Part shown: piece by piece, positions 20,094 to 30,098 of the stretch
How positions within the stretch are numbered: the first letter of the stretch is position 1
How the letters are laid out: every line of letters begins with the position of its first letter
Assembly (NCBI GenBank): GCA_965230525.1
Contig: OZ246008.1
Span: 903,251 to 967,250, forward strand
DNA: 64,000 nt
Direction of reading: 5' to 3'
Source: Kangiellaceae bacterium
Lineage (GTDB): Bacteria > Pseudomonadota > Gammaproteobacteria > Enterobacterales > Kangiellaceae
Made by a program: the position numbers and the translations under genes
Notes under the pieces: model-generated
The model's input: only the letters and a program-made list of their open reading frames with translations
What the model was told of the DNA's origin: nothing
Databases searched by the model: none

Positions 20094-22976
20094 ATGTCTC
20101 ACTCTATCAAACAAATTGCCACCCTATTTAGTATCGTTCCCCTACTTTTTGCTTGCGGTGAACAAGAGCAGTCAGCAAAAACTAATCAGTCTGAAACGAC
20201 TGCAAAAACACAAACTGTTAACAAGTCATCGACGGATTTTGATATTGATTATCAGCAATATCAACTCGCTAATGGACTAAAGGTCATTTTGCATCAAGAC
20301 AGCTCCGACCCGATTGTGGCAATGGCTACCGTTGTGCATGTGGGCTCTAATCGTGAAAAGCCGGGCCGAACGGGTTTTGCCCATTTTTTCGAGCACATGT
20401 CATTTAATGATTCCGAAAATGTGCCGAAAGGTGCTAACCGAAAAATGATTCCTGAGTTGGGCGGTACTCGCAATGGCGGAACGTGGAGTGACGGTACCAT
20501 TTATTACGAAGTGGTTCCAAAAGATGCCTTCGATAAGTTGCTATGGATTGATTCAGACCGACTTGGTTTTATGATTAATACGGTCGATCAAGGTACTTTG
20601 GAGCGTGAAAAACAAGTTGTAAAAAATGAAAAGCGACAGCGAGTTGATAATCGTCCCTACGGGCACACTGGTCATGTTATTAAAAAAGCCTTGTACCCTA
20701 AAGATCATCCTTACAACTGGACGGTGATTGGTGACTTAGAAGATTTACAAGCAGCAACCCTTGATGATGTTAGGGAGTTTTATGATCAATATTACGTGCC
20801 TGCGAATGCAACCTTAGTTATTGCCGGGGATATTGATATTGAACAAACCAAACAAAAAGTGGAACGTTGGTTTGGTGAAATAAAACCGGGCAAGCCAATT
20901 GATAGTATGAAGCCGCGTCCAGTGAAGTTGCAAAAAGACATCAAGCTTTATCACTTGGATAACTTTGCCAAACTGCCCGAGTTGCGGTTGACCTACCCGA
21001 GCATCGAGCAGTACCACAAAGATGCTTACGCTCTCAGCGCGCTAGCTCAAATTTTGTCACAAGGCAAAGAGGCAAGTTTATATAAGACAATTGTTGAAGA
21101 GCAAAAACTTGCTCCCGGTGTTGCAGCTTGGAATCGCTCAGAAGAAATTGCAGGCACGTTTACTATTAGAGTAAGAGCTAATGCAGGAACTGAGCTGGAT
21201 AAAGTTTATCAGGGAATTCAACAGGCACTTGCCAATTTTGAAAAGAATGGCTTTTCTGATGAGCAACTTACTAAAATTAAAGCCAAACAAGAAACCGACT
21301 TTTATTATGATATTGAAAGTGTTCTCGACAAAGCGTTACAAATGGGAATTTACAATGAATATGCTGGCTCTCCGGATTTTATTAAGCAGGATGTTAAAAA
21401 CATTATTGCAGTCACTCGTGAAGATGTCATGCGGGTTTATCATCAATACATAAAAGATAAGCCAGCGATAATCACCAGCTTTGTTCCCAAAGATGGCAAA
21501 CAACTGGCCATTTCAAATTCAACCAAAGCCGACGTAGTCGAAGAAGAAATTAAGCAAGGCGCAGAAACAAAATTTGTTGAAAATGATGCGATTGAATATC
21601 AAAAAACGGTCACTAAACACGATCGGAGTGAGCCCCCATTAACAGAGCTTCCCAAAATCCAGGTGCCATCCGTATGGCGAAGCGCTACGAGCAACGGGGT
21701 AAAGGTTTACGGCATTGAAAGCACAGAGTTGCCAGTTGTGAATTTTAGTTTACGAATCGATGGCGGACAGAGTTTAGACCAAACCTCTAAGTTAGGTACT
21801 GCCTATTTATTAGCGCAACTAATGAACGAAGGCACAAAAACCAAAACGCCACAAGAGTTAGAACAAGCGATTGGCTTGCTCGGTGCAACTTTGTCAATTG
21901 ATGTGGGTAAAGAAGCTATCATTATCCGCGGTCGGAGCTTAGCAAAAAATTTCCAAGCAACCGTTGAATTGCTTGCGGAAATGTTACTCGAGCCAAGGTT
22001 TGACGCCAAGGAGTTTGAACGGTTAAAAGCTGCGCGTCTAACAGGCATTGAACAGTCCAAAGGTAACGCTTCTCGAATTGCTATCAATGCGTTTATGAAG
22101 CTGATTTACGGAAGTCAGCATCTTCTCGGTTTACCTATGGGCGGAACAAAACAAACGGTTGAAGCTATTAACTTGGATGATTTAAAACAATATTACCAAG
22201 CGAACTTATCGCCAGCGAATGCAAGTTTTCATGTGGTGGGCTCGGTCGATCAGGCACAAGTAGAACAAGCACTCGCTTCGTTTAAAAGCTGGCAAGGTGA
22301 AGCGATCGCAATGCCTGAGCAGCCAACCGTTAAGCCAGTCTCTAAACCGGCTTTGTATTTTATTGACTTACCGAATGCCAAACAGTCAGTAATCTATGTT
22401 GGTAAGCCTGTGGTGAGTGGATTTGAAGAAGATTTTTACCCGATTCAATTTGCTAATAATCGTCTTGGTGGTGGCATGAGTGCGCGACTAGCACAAACAC
22501 TAAGGATTCAAAAAGGCTATACCTATGGTGCTTATTCTTTTATTCGACCCAGTTATTATCAGTCTCCCTTTGTTGCTAGTTCTCAGGTTAGAACTAATGT
22601 GACTTTAGAGTCATTGGAGATTTTCAAAGATTTAATCGGAAACTATCAAGCAACCTATTTGGATGAAGACTTAGCGGTTGCTAAAAATATGACCATTAAA
22701 GGTAACGCACGACGCTTTGAAACACTTTCTCAACGCTTGGACATGTTACAAAATATTAGCTTATTTCAGTTGCCCAATAATTATGTGGAGCAACGACAAG
22801 CTTACGTTTCCGATGTGACCTTAGAACAGGTGCATAGCGTTATTGGCCAATATCTTGATGAGCAACAAATGATTTACCTAGTGGTCGGAGATGCTAAAAC
22901 TCAACTACCAAGAATGAAAGGGTTGGGTTATGGTGAACCAATCGTTTTGGATATTGATGGTGAATTAATTCAATAA
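20094..22976 (+). CDS. Two-domain M16 (pitrilysin/insulinase) zinc peptidase, lipoprotein
   Basis: Has the lipobox LLFAC, the inverted zinc motif HFFEH and NEKRQR. At 960 aa it has the duplicated M16 architecture. Confidence 0.9.
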   Translation: MSHSIKQIATLFSIVPLLFACGEQEQSAKTNQSETTAKTQTVNKSSTDFDIDYQQYQLANGLKVILHQDSSDPIVAMATVVHVGSNREKPGRTGFAHFFEHMSFNDSENVPKGANRKMIPELGGTRNGGTWSDGTIYYEVVPKDAFDKLLWIDSDRLGFMINTVDQGTLEREKQVVKNEKRQRVDNRPYGHTGHVIKKALYPKDHPYNWTVIGDLEDLQAATLDDVREFYDQYYVPANATLVIAGDIDIEQTKQKVERWFGEIKPGKPIDSMKPRPVKLQKDIKLYHLDNFAKLPELRLTYPSIEQYHKDAYALSALAQILSQGKEASLYKTIVEEQKLAPGVAAWNRSEEIAGTFTIRVRANAGTELDKVYQGIQQALANFEKNGFSDEQLTKIKAKQETDFYYDIESVLDKALQMGIYNEYAGSPDFIKQDVKNIIAVTREDVMRVYHQYIKDKPAIITSFVPKDGKQLAISNSTKADVVEEEIKQGAETKFVENDAIEYQKTVTKHDRSEPPLTELPKIQVPSVWRSATSNGVKVYGIESTELPVVNFSLRIDGGQSLDQTSKLGTAYLLAQLMNEGTKTKTPQELEQAIGLLGATLSIDVGKEAIIIRGRSLAKNFQATVELLAEMLLEPRFDAKEFERLKAARLTGIEQSKGNASRIAINAFMKLIYGSQHLLGLPMGGTKQTVEAINLDDLKQYYQANLSPANASFHVVGSVDQAQVEQALASFKSWQGEAIAMPEQPTVKPVSKPALYFIDLPNAKQSVIYVGKPVVSGFEEDFYPIQFANNRLGGGMSARLAQTLRIQKGYTYGAYSFIRPSYYQSPFVASSQVRTNVTLESLEIFKDLIGNYQATYLDEDLAVAKNMTIKGNARRFETLSQRLDMLQNISLFQLPNNYVEQRQAYVSDVTLEQVHSVIGQYLDEQQMIYLVVGDAKTQLPRMKGLGYGEPIVLDIDGELIQ

Positions 22977-23059
22977 GTTATCGATTTGAACTAAGCTAAG
23001 TAGGTATGTAAAAATAGGTGTAGGCTAGCAAAAGCCTGCTACCGAGCATACCTATTAGC

Positions 23060-23542
23060 ATGGTAAGATATTGGTTGGCTGGTAGTATAATTAATTTAAG
23101 TTCAGATTTAACAGAAGTAGCTGATTTAAAAGTAGTAGTGCGTAACGGAGGATTTGTGAGTAATCGAGATAGAAAGTTTGTCACCCAAGAAATCCTCAGT
23201 GCGATTAGTTCGAGCTCTAAATCTGGTAAAACCACCCAAGTGGCTTTCGAGTTATCGGATGAAGGCTATAAGCAACTAAAAATCGAAGCGGCCATGGATG
23301 ACATAACACCGGCAGAAAAAGCCCGAGAAGCGCTTGGGCTAAGAGTAAGGACCAAAAAAGCTAAGGCGAAGTTAATTGTGCGACTATCAGAACGTGATTT
23401 CACCTTTTTAGGGCTCAGATATGGAGTCGATCCAGAAGATAAATTAACGATTCGTAATATCGCTGCCGAGCAGCTTGCAGAACTCTATTCGGGAGAGCAG
23501 GACGAGGAAGATTCTCGACCAGATTATCAGTGGCCTGAGTAA
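23060..23542 (+). CDS. Hypothetical protein (start uncertain)
   Basis: This is the only long ORF in this interval. I recognise no family. The C-terminus is acidic. Two segments look vaguely ribbon-helix-helix-like. Confidence 0.3.
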   Translation: MVRYWLAGSIINLSSDLTEVADLKVVVRNGGFVSNRDRKFVTQEILSAISSSSKSGKTTQVAFELSDEGYKQLKIEAAMDDITPAEKAREALGLRVRTKKAKAKLIVRLSERDFTFLGLRYGVDPEDKLTIRNIAAEQLAELYSGEQDEEDSRPDYQWPE

Positions 23543-23620
23543 TCTTGTTATGCCACAATCTTTAATCCCGCAACAGTTGTTTCAAGTTTAATTTCTCTCG
23601 CCTAATTCTTTCATGGCATA

Positions 23621-23992
23621 CTATTTAAAATAGCCTGAATTCTCACCGTACTTTGCTTTCAAAATGGCTTGTTGGGTTGCGGTCAATTGGTTTAATGTTT
23701 GAAACTCTTCGATTTCAGTATTTGCCATGGGAATTTGAAGATAGATGGTTTTACCCGATACGCCAGCAGCGCGGGTATGGTAATAACCTTTGTCAGGCTC
23801 CGAAGTAACCTTGCCATCAATCACTAGCCATACATTCATTCCGGAATAGCCGTTATGAGTGATCACATAGTCACCATCAAAATAAGAAACACCCAATCGC
23901 TTTGCTCTGTTCTCGGTATCTCCTGGTAGTGCGAAATAAATCAACACACCCAAAACAACAAGGCCTAATAAGATGGCTAAAAATTTTTTCAT
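23621..23992 (-). CDS. Hypothetical N-terminally anchored/secreted protein
   Basis: Has the signal/anchor MKKFLAILLGLVVLGVLIYFALPG. I recognise no family. Confidence 0.5.
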   Translation of the reverse strand: MKKFLAILLGLVVLGVLIYFALPGDTENRAKRLGVSYFDGDYVITHNGYSGMNVWLVIDGKVTSEPDKGYYHTRAAGVSGKTIYLQIPMANTEIEEFQTLNQLTATQQAILKAKYGENSGYFK

Positions 23993-24051
23993 GATTCTTT
24001 GGACCCCTAATTTGTCTTCTGCATTTAGATTATCACGCTTACTCTTTGTTT

Positions 24052-24074
24052 TGTAGGTCGGACTTTAGTCCGTC
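24052..24074. repeat. REP-like palindromic unit (family copy 1)
   Basis: TGTAGGTCGGACtttaGTCCGTC. The same unit recurs at about 37.95, 42.45 and 46.2 kb. Confidence 0.55.
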
Positions 24075-24188
24075 ACTGCGCTATGAGGAGGCGAAATGCT
24101 TCAAAAATAAAAACATTTCACCACTAAGACACAGAGAATGAATTTTAGAATATATGTCTTTATGGTGGGTTGCATTTCAAGTTGCCAC

Positions 24189-24653
24189 CTAAGGTAATTT
24201 AACTGGTAGCGAAATGGTATGTTTGACTTCTTGTAAGACAAACAAGGTTTGTGCATCTTTGATTTCTGGAAACGACCTTAGGGTTTTTAAAATGAAATGG
24301 GACATTTCTTTGTTGTCCCTTGCCACCACCTTCATAAGGTGATCATAAGGACCTGATAATGAATAACATTCTAAAATCAATGGATGATATTTTACCGCCA
24401 TTTTAAATTTATCAAAGGCTGCTTCATTGGTTTGGTTGATGCTTACTTGGATAAACGCCATCACAGCAAATCCAGCTTGTTCTGCATCCAAGGTGACGCC
24501 ATAGCCCTTGATCACGCCGCGCTCTTCGAGACTTTTAGTTCGACGTAAGCAAGTCGATTCCGACATGTTAGTTGCTTTGGCCAGTTCGACCATCGGCATT
24601 CGGCCATTGTTTTGCAATTGAATAAGGATATCTTGGTCTTGTTGACTGAGCAT
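24189..24653 (-). CDS. Lrp/AsnC-family transcriptional regulator
   Basis: Has an HTH (QDILIQLQNNGRMPMVELAKATNMSESTCLRRTKSLEERGVI) plus a RAM domain. I prefer the ATG at 24653 (MLSQQ...) over 24668. Confidence 0.9.
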   Translation of the reverse strand: MLSQQDQDILIQLQNNGRMPMVELAKATNMSESTCLRRTKSLEERGVIKGYGVTLDAEQAGFAVMAFIQVSINQTNEAAFDKFKMAVKYHPLILECYSLSGPYDHLMKVVARDNKEMSHFILKTLRSFPEIKDAQTLFVLQEVKHTISLPVKLP

Positions 24654-24792
24654 GGAGTTTATCACCATTTATTTGCACTTGAATGAAGAATACCACCATA
24701 TTCGTACAGATCGAAGGAGATTTTGGTGAGTTCCGTCAGTAGCAATAGGGTAAAATAAGGACGAATTAAATCGACTTAATTGGAGCAGTGTC

Positions 24793-25389
24793 ATGTCATC
24801 AGAAAAATTCTATCACGTCGGCGAGCTTAGCGCGGAGCAACCTGAAAAAACTCAATATGAGTCAACAAAATTCACCAAAGCACGCCACCCAGAACCTTAT
24901 CGGTTTGAAGTGAATTTAAGCGCGGAAGCTGGAACTAAGCAAAGTAAAACCGGTGTTGTGTCGGTGAATATTCCGGGATTTAGTCCAGTAAAGCTTTATT
25001 GTGATGAGCAACCACCGGTGGGTGAAGACACTGCCCCACCGCCTTTGGCATTCTTTTCGGCCGGCATCGGATTCTGTTTAATGACTCATTTGACCGATAT
25101 TTTGACCGCTCGAAAAATTCAGGTCGATAGTCTTAAATTGGAACAACGGATCGTGTTTAGAACTAATTTAGGTCATATGCGAGATCATGGCTATATGACC
25201 AATGGTGGATGCGATGTGGTCGAAACTCACGTGATCATTGAGAGTCCTGAACCAGAAGAAAGTATTAAAGACTTACTTGATGAGGCGGAAAATGGTTGCA
25301 TGGCTCACTATGCTTTGAGAAACCCCATTCCTTGGTCGACTCGGTTAATTTATAACGGTAAGGAAGCAATCAACCGCTCAGGAAACTAA
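24793..25389 (+). CDS. OsmC-family protein
   Basis: Has GGAG before the ATG. PPLAFFSAGIGFCLMTHL and GCMAHYAL fit the two conserved Cys regions of the OsmC/Ohr fold. It is divergent from the Lrp-type regulator. Confidence 0.7.
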   Translation: MSSEKFYHVGELSAEQPEKTQYESTKFTKARHPEPYRFEVNLSAEAGTKQSKTGVVSVNIPGFSPVKLYCDEQPPVGEDTAPPPLAFFSAGIGFCLMTHLTDILTARKIQVDSLKLEQRIVFRTNLGHMRDHGYMTNGGCDVVETHVIIESPEPEESIKDLLDEAENGCMAHYALRNPIPWSTRLIYNGKEAINRSGN

Positions 25390-25396
25390 GCGTTAA

Positions 25397-25423
25397 AACA
25401 GCCGACAGTTTAGGTCGGCTGTT
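25397..25423. terminator. Hairpin between convergent genes (candidate terminator)
   Basis: 10-bp stem AACAGCCGAC / GTCGGCTGTT. A T-run is present only on the minus-strand reading. Confidence 0.45.
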
Positions 25424-25540
25424 ACTTAGCTTTAAATTCGGATCTCGCCAAATTTAGAGCATTCATAATTAAGACTAATCTAAACGATGTCCGCCCTCAG
25501 ATAGTCTATTTTTAAAATCATCCTTTTTATAAAAAGCTTT

Positions 25541-26650
25541 CTAAAACGTGATGCCATTTCTTAGGGCTTTGGTTTGCAAGTTAGTCTCTTTAAGAAGATG
25601 AGCGGTTTTGATCAAAGTTTCTTCAGTGGTTTGCCAATCGATACACCCATCGGTAATGGATACCCCATATTGCAATTTGGATAAGTCATCTTGAATTTTT
25701 TGGTTACCGGCGTGCAAGTGGCTTTCTAACATAAAGCCGATAATTGATTGGTTGCCATCAACAACTTGTTCGATGACATTCTCAAGGACCACAGGTTGTC
25801 TTGCAGGATCTTTATTGCTGTTGCCATGACTACAATCAACCATAATATTGTTGGGCAATCCACTGGCTTTTAACTTGGCTTCGTAGTCGGCTATATCATT
25901 AGGGTGGTAATTCGGTTGAGTTCCTCCGCGCAAAATAACGTGCCCATGACGATTGCCAGTGGTATTCAATAAGGTCACTTGTCCTAAATTGTTGATCCCC
26001 ATAAAGCTATGCCCAGAGGCAGCGGCTTTCATCGCATTAAGTGCTGCACCGGATGAACCACTGGTGCCATTTTTGAAGCCAATAGGCATCGAGAGTCCGC
26101 TGGCCATTTCTCGATGGGTTTGTGATTCACTGGTACGAGCGCCTATAGCTGTCCAGGCAATTAACTCGGAAAGGTACTGCGGACTGATGGGATCGAGCAT
26201 TTCGGTGGCGACAGGAATTTCATTTTCGGCTAACCACAATAGCAAATCGCGGGCGATGGTAAGGCCCTCTTCTACGTCAAAACTATTGTTCAAGTGTGGG
26301 TCATTGATCAATCCTTTCCACCCCACTGTGGTTCTAGGCTTTTCAAAGTAGACGCGCATAACCAAGAAAATTTCGCTTTCAACTTCTTTGGCCAAGTGCT
26401 TGAGTTTAAGGGCATACTCTTTAGCCGATTTCACATCATGAATTGAACAAGGGCCCACAATGGCGAGCTGACGGGTATCTTTTCTGTCTAATATTGCTTC
26501 AATTTGTTGTCTAGACCGAGAAACAAAAGCGGCGCTAGAAGGTGGCAAGGGCAGCTTTTCTTTTAATTCTCTTGGGGTCATCAATACTTTTTCGGATTCA
26601 ATATTGACGTTATTTACTTTGTTTAGTTGTGCAAGCGTTTGATTAGTCAT
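25541..26650 (-). CDS. Class I 3-deoxy-7-phosphoheptulonate (DAHP) synthase
   Basis: Start MTNQTLAQL at 26650. Contains IVGPCSIHD, RVYFEKPRTTVGWKGLINDP, IGARTSESQTHRE and DCSHGNS motifs. The feedback isozyme (F/G/H) cannot be assigned. Confidence 0.92.
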   Translation of the reverse strand: MTNQTLAQLNKVNNVNIESEKVLMTPRELKEKLPLPPSSAAFVSRSRQQIEAILDRKDTRQLAIVGPCSIHDVKSAKEYALKLKHLAKEVESEIFLVMRVYFEKPRTTVGWKGLINDPHLNNSFDVEEGLTIARDLLLWLAENEIPVATEMLDPISPQYLSELIAWTAIGARTSESQTHREMASGLSMPIGFKNGTSGSSGAALNAMKAAASGHSFMGINNLGQVTLLNTTGNRHGHVILRGGTQPNYHPNDIADYEAKLKASGLPNNIMVDCSHGNSNKDPARQPVVLENVIEQVVDGNQSIIGFMLESHLHAGNQKIQDDLSKLQYGVSITDGCIDWQTTEETLIKTAHLLKETNLQTKALRNGITF

Positions 26651-27291
26651 GTCTTTACTCTGTATAAAATTAGTCGTCGAGAATGTGCTTCGCAATGAGC
26701 ATAAGTCTCGAATTAATCCATCAATTAGTGATGGCAATATAGGTGTGTTGGTTTGGGCTTCGGCAGCAAAGATCGAGCCTATTCAGCTAAATCGTATTTA
26801 AGCCAAAATGGGTTTAAAGTTTAGTGACTAAAATAATAATAGAGTTGTCGAGATGAGTGATAAGACCAGAAATTGGAGAAAGACGATAGAAAGTCAGTGG
26901 CGTTATTGAGAGTGAGTTTGATAGTTGTTAAGCTACTCGGCTGTTGAGCAACTACTTGGGAACGCATGAATTGCGGTTCCTGTACAAGGCCTTGTGTTTG
27001 TGACACTGTCTTCTCCATTAAGAGTATTTTTGGGTTAGTTTGTTTAAGTATCGAACAAATTGCTAGTCAGAGGGAAATAACTTTTTGTCATGTTGCTGAA
27101 TCGGATAAGATTTTAAGCGGCCGCAAAGCAATGTTTTAGAGAGTCTCGGAAAATATATGAGATTAACCCAGTAAATTTCTAGTATGGTAAATTGGTTGTT
27201 TAGCTATAAGACCTGACTTCTTATGCTTTTGCAGCTTGTTCTTTTTAGTCTTAAGCGCAACAGCTTTAACAATTGATTTAAGCCGATTAGC

Positions 27292-28203
27292 TCACTTTAT
27301 CTTTTCACTTAAATATTCCTCAGCTTTTTGATAGCCGAGTTTGATCATCTCATCCGCTCGGTTCAGTTCTAAAATCCCGCATGCATTGCGAGCGATTTCA
27401 ACGGAAAAATCAGGGGGGTATGTCGCTAATTTATGTCGAGCAATCGTACTTTGCATCGCGTCGAAGGCTTGGTTAGCAACATCGTAAACCCCCCAGTTAT
27501 TGTGCGTACCGTTATCAGAAGAGCCTTTAAGAGATTCGATAAATCCAGTTATCCGTTTTGTCAGTGCTGAGGACTTCCTATTGCGTTGCGACTTAGATTT
27601 TTTACTGTCAGTGGTTTCCGGATGGTGAGTGTCGTCCACCTCCACAGGGCCACCTAAATTTACCGCTATAGTAATATCATTACCATCACCGAAAGTTGGT
27701 GCTATTGGAACTGGATTGAGTACTCCACCATCGATAAGATCGACGCCGCGATAAGGAAAGGGTGTAAAGAATAACGGCAATGAGATTGAAGCCCTGATGG
27801 CATCGAACAGCTTACCCGAATTCATCCAAACTTCTTTTTCATTCAGAATATCCGATGCGACCGCAGTGAAGCGAATGGGTAATTCATCGATGGTGAGATC
27901 GCCTACTAACTCTTTAAGTGTGTTAATTACTTTTTCACCTTTGACTAAACCGCTTTTTCGCCAAGAGATATCAAGTAAAGTAATAATATCGAGCTTAGTG
28001 ATTGCCCTAACCCACTCCTCAAATTCATCGAGTTTACCTGCAGCATAGACTCCACCAACCATCGCGCCTACGGAGCTGCCAGAAATCGATTTTATTTCAA
28101 CATTATGCTCCTCCAACCAATGGATTACCCCGATATGGGCTAAACCTCTGGCGCCACCGCTACCAAGAACTAACGAAACGGACTTTTTATCTTGCTCTTG
28201 CAT
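27292..28203 (-). CDS. Patatin-like phospholipase (RssA-like)
   Basis: Contains GSGGARG (oxyanion), GSSVGA (GxSxG) and a DGG dyad. The ATG at 28203 (MQEQDKK) is preferred. Confidence 0.85.
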   Translation of the reverse strand: MQEQDKKSVSLVLGSGGARGLAHIGVIHWLEEHNVEIKSISGSSVGAMVGGVYAAGKLDEFEEWVRAITKLDIITLLDISWRKSGLVKGEKVINTLKELVGDLTIDELPIRFTAVASDILNEKEVWMNSGKLFDAIRASISLPLFFTPFPYRGVDLIDGGVLNPVPIAPTFGDGNDITIAVNLGGPVEVDDTHHPETTDSKKSKSQRNRKSSALTKRITGFIESLKGSSDNGTHNNWGVYDVANQAFDAMQSTIARHKLATYPPDFSVEIARNACGILELNRADEMIKLGYQKAEEYLSEKIK

Positions 28204-28332
28204 TTTTCTGTTTCCAAGCCATCGATTCAGACAGATTACCACTGTGACACATTTTCAATTTCGAGTTAGTCTATCGAAGCAAAAATCACTGTCAACTATA
28301 GCAATAAGATTGATGGCGGAAATGCGACTTAT

Positions 28333-28791
28333 TTAGTGGTCGTAGCTTACTACCCGAGTAATCGTCCATTGTTGGTCATGCAATTTCCAAATATGTACAA
28401 ATTTAAAAATGCCACAGTCCTTTTTTCCATTAGCTAGGTGGCAGAATTGATGACGTCCTTCCTGAATTGCGCCGTACTTATTGATTGGAAAAATTGCAGT
28501 AAACTCAGGTAACAGGGTTCTTGTTAATCCTAGTTTGGCTTTGCAGTTGTTTTCACTTGATGTCATGGTTTGAGAATGGTCAGTTAGACCACTCTTGTCA
28601 TGATAAAACTCCAAATCTTGGTCTAATATGTCACTCATTATGCCTAGGTCACAGGTGTTAAAGGCGTCAAACAGTCGTTTATCCATTGCCAAGATTTCAT
28701 TTTCCAAATCGTTTAAGGGCTTATCGGTGGCGCTTGCGCCAAGCGATATCGCGGCTAAGAGAGTGAATAAAGGCTTTTTTAGGTAGTCCAT
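28333..28791 (-). CDS. Secreted NTF2-fold (DUF4440-like) protein
   Basis: ATG at 28791. Has the signal peptide MDYLKKPLFTLLAAISLGASA. The size and the C-terminal pattern (WKLHDQQWTITRVVSYDH) suggest an NTF2-like fold. Confidence 0.5.
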   Translation of the reverse strand: MDYLKKPLFTLLAAISLGASATDKPLNDLENEILAMDKRLFDAFNTCDLGIMSDILDQDLEFYHDKSGLTDHSQTMTSSENNCKAKLGLTRTLLPEFTAIFPINKYGAIQEGRHQFCHLANGKKDCGIFKFVHIWKLHDQQWTITRVVSYDH

Positions 28792-29074
28792 TTGGTAACT
28801 CCAGCTAATGACATAAATTACTATGTTGAGCAAGAAATAGACCAAGTTTAGCAATACACAGCTCAAGGATAACTTTGTGTAAGATAGAAATGCCTTAGCG
28901 CTTGGTTGACAGATTGAATTAATTCACTTTTTCAGATAAGTGTTTTGTACAGCTTTCGGTAAATAGTCTAAGATCTAACTTAGTCTTAGGTTAGCTCCTG
29001 CTGAAGTAAGCAAGCGCGAATTTAAAGTTAGTCTGGGCGCGCATCAGATTAGGTTAGATTAAGGAAAATAGAAT

Positions 29075-30097
29075 TTGCTACAAATCAATAATCAAACACC
29101 GTTTAACGCTGAATTACACCCCTATGAAGACCTGCACGGTAGAGATTATGCAATTATCATCATTAAAGGCACCTTCAATCCCTGTGGTGACCATTTAGGA
29201 ATGACCCTTTGTGATGAGCAAGCGCCAATTCAACATGCTGATGAGTATTATGGTGAGCCGGGGCAATCCAGCATTAAATACCCCACAGATCTCGCTTTAG
29301 TTAAAAAATCCACCGATTTGATATTACTCGGGCACGGTTATGCTCCCGGTGGACGGGCCACCAATCAATTCGATGTTAGTTTATCGGCGGGTAATTTTCA
29401 GCATACCGTCAGAGTGTTTGGTAATCGCTTTTGGCAAAAAGAGGGTCTTACTTGGCAGCCTAGTCGGCCAGAAAGCCTACAAAAAATGCCGCTTACCTAT
29501 GAAAACGCCTTTGGAGGAAGTGATCCTCATGCTGATCCACAAGGCAGCGAAGCGTTCGAATATGATCCGTCTAATCCGATTGGCAAAGGTTTTATCCCTA
29601 AAAAAGCAAATCCTATCGAAGGATTGGCTTTGCCTAACCTCGAAAACCCAAATGATTTAATCGTCGATGAAGATAGCCAGCCAAAGCCCTTTGGGTTTGG
29701 AGCGATAGCTAGGGACTGGCAACCTCGGCTTACTTGGGCCGGAAGCTATGATGAAGCCTGGCAATCACAAAGAATGCCACTATTACCTTTGGACTTTGAC
29801 GCTCGTTTTTTCAATGCTGCCCATCCCAACTTATGCATCTCACCTGAACTTGTAGGTGATGAAGTGATGACGATCAAAAATGCTACTGAATCAGGCTTAC
29901 TTTCATTTCAGCTCCCTAATCAACAACTAATCGCCACCGCAAGTATGCGAGGACAACAAGCCGATTTTATAGCGAAACTCGATACGGTTGTCATTGAGCC
30001 CGACGAGAACCGAGTTATGTTGACCTGGAGAGCGGCTATCCCAATCAAACGCAAGTTTCTGTATTTAGACTCTGTCACCATTAAAAGGCGTCACTAA
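29075..30097 (+). CDS. DUF2169-domain protein (T6SS adaptor/chaperone family)
   Basis: Contains NNQTPFNAEL...DYAIIIIKGTF, DEYYGEPGQSSIKYPTDLALVK, MPLTYENAFGG, NPIGKGF, LPNLENP, PFGFGAI..W.PRLTWAGSYDEAWQSQRMPLLPLDFDARFFNAA. This is the conserved DUF2169 pattern. The start is TTG after AAGGA. Confidence 0.85.
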   Translation: MLQINNQTPFNAELHPYEDLHGRDYAIIIIKGTFNPCGDHLGMTLCDEQAPIQHADEYYGEPGQSSIKYPTDLALVKKSTDLILLGHGYAPGGRATNQFDVSLSAGNFQHTVRVFGNRFWQKEGLTWQPSRPESLQKMPLTYENAFGGSDPHADPQGSEAFEYDPSNPIGKGFIPKKANPIEGLALPNLENPNDLIVDEDSQPKPFGFGAIARDWQPRLTWAGSYDEAWQSQRMPLLPLDFDARFFNAAHPNLCISPELVGDEVMTIKNATESGLLSFQLPNQQLIATASMRGQQADFIAKLDTVVIEPDENRVMLTWRAAIPIKRKFLYLDSVTIKRRH

Positions 30098-30098
30098 A

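Noticed and set aside
26821-27018. 65-aa minus-strand ORF upstream of the DAHP synthase gene. It ends in an aromatic-rich run (..FLSSFSNFWSYHSSRQLYYYFSH), which is suggestive of an attenuation leader peptide.
   Set aside because: There is no Shine-Dalgarno before its ATG. At 65 aa it is far longer than known leader peptides. I could not find a terminator/antiterminator hairpin with a U-run in the 170 nt between it and the structural gene. TAT/TTT codons are expected by chance in this AT-rich stretch. It is only worth revisiting if ribosome profiling shows translation.
27292-28203. The patatin-like phospholipase next to the island as a possible T6SS lipase effector (Tle) or CBASS effector.
   Set aside because: It is on the opposite strand and separated from the island by another gene. 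It has the size and motifs of the housekeeping RssA type. There is no adjacent cyclase/CD-NTase, immunity lipoprotein, vgrG or PAAR gene.
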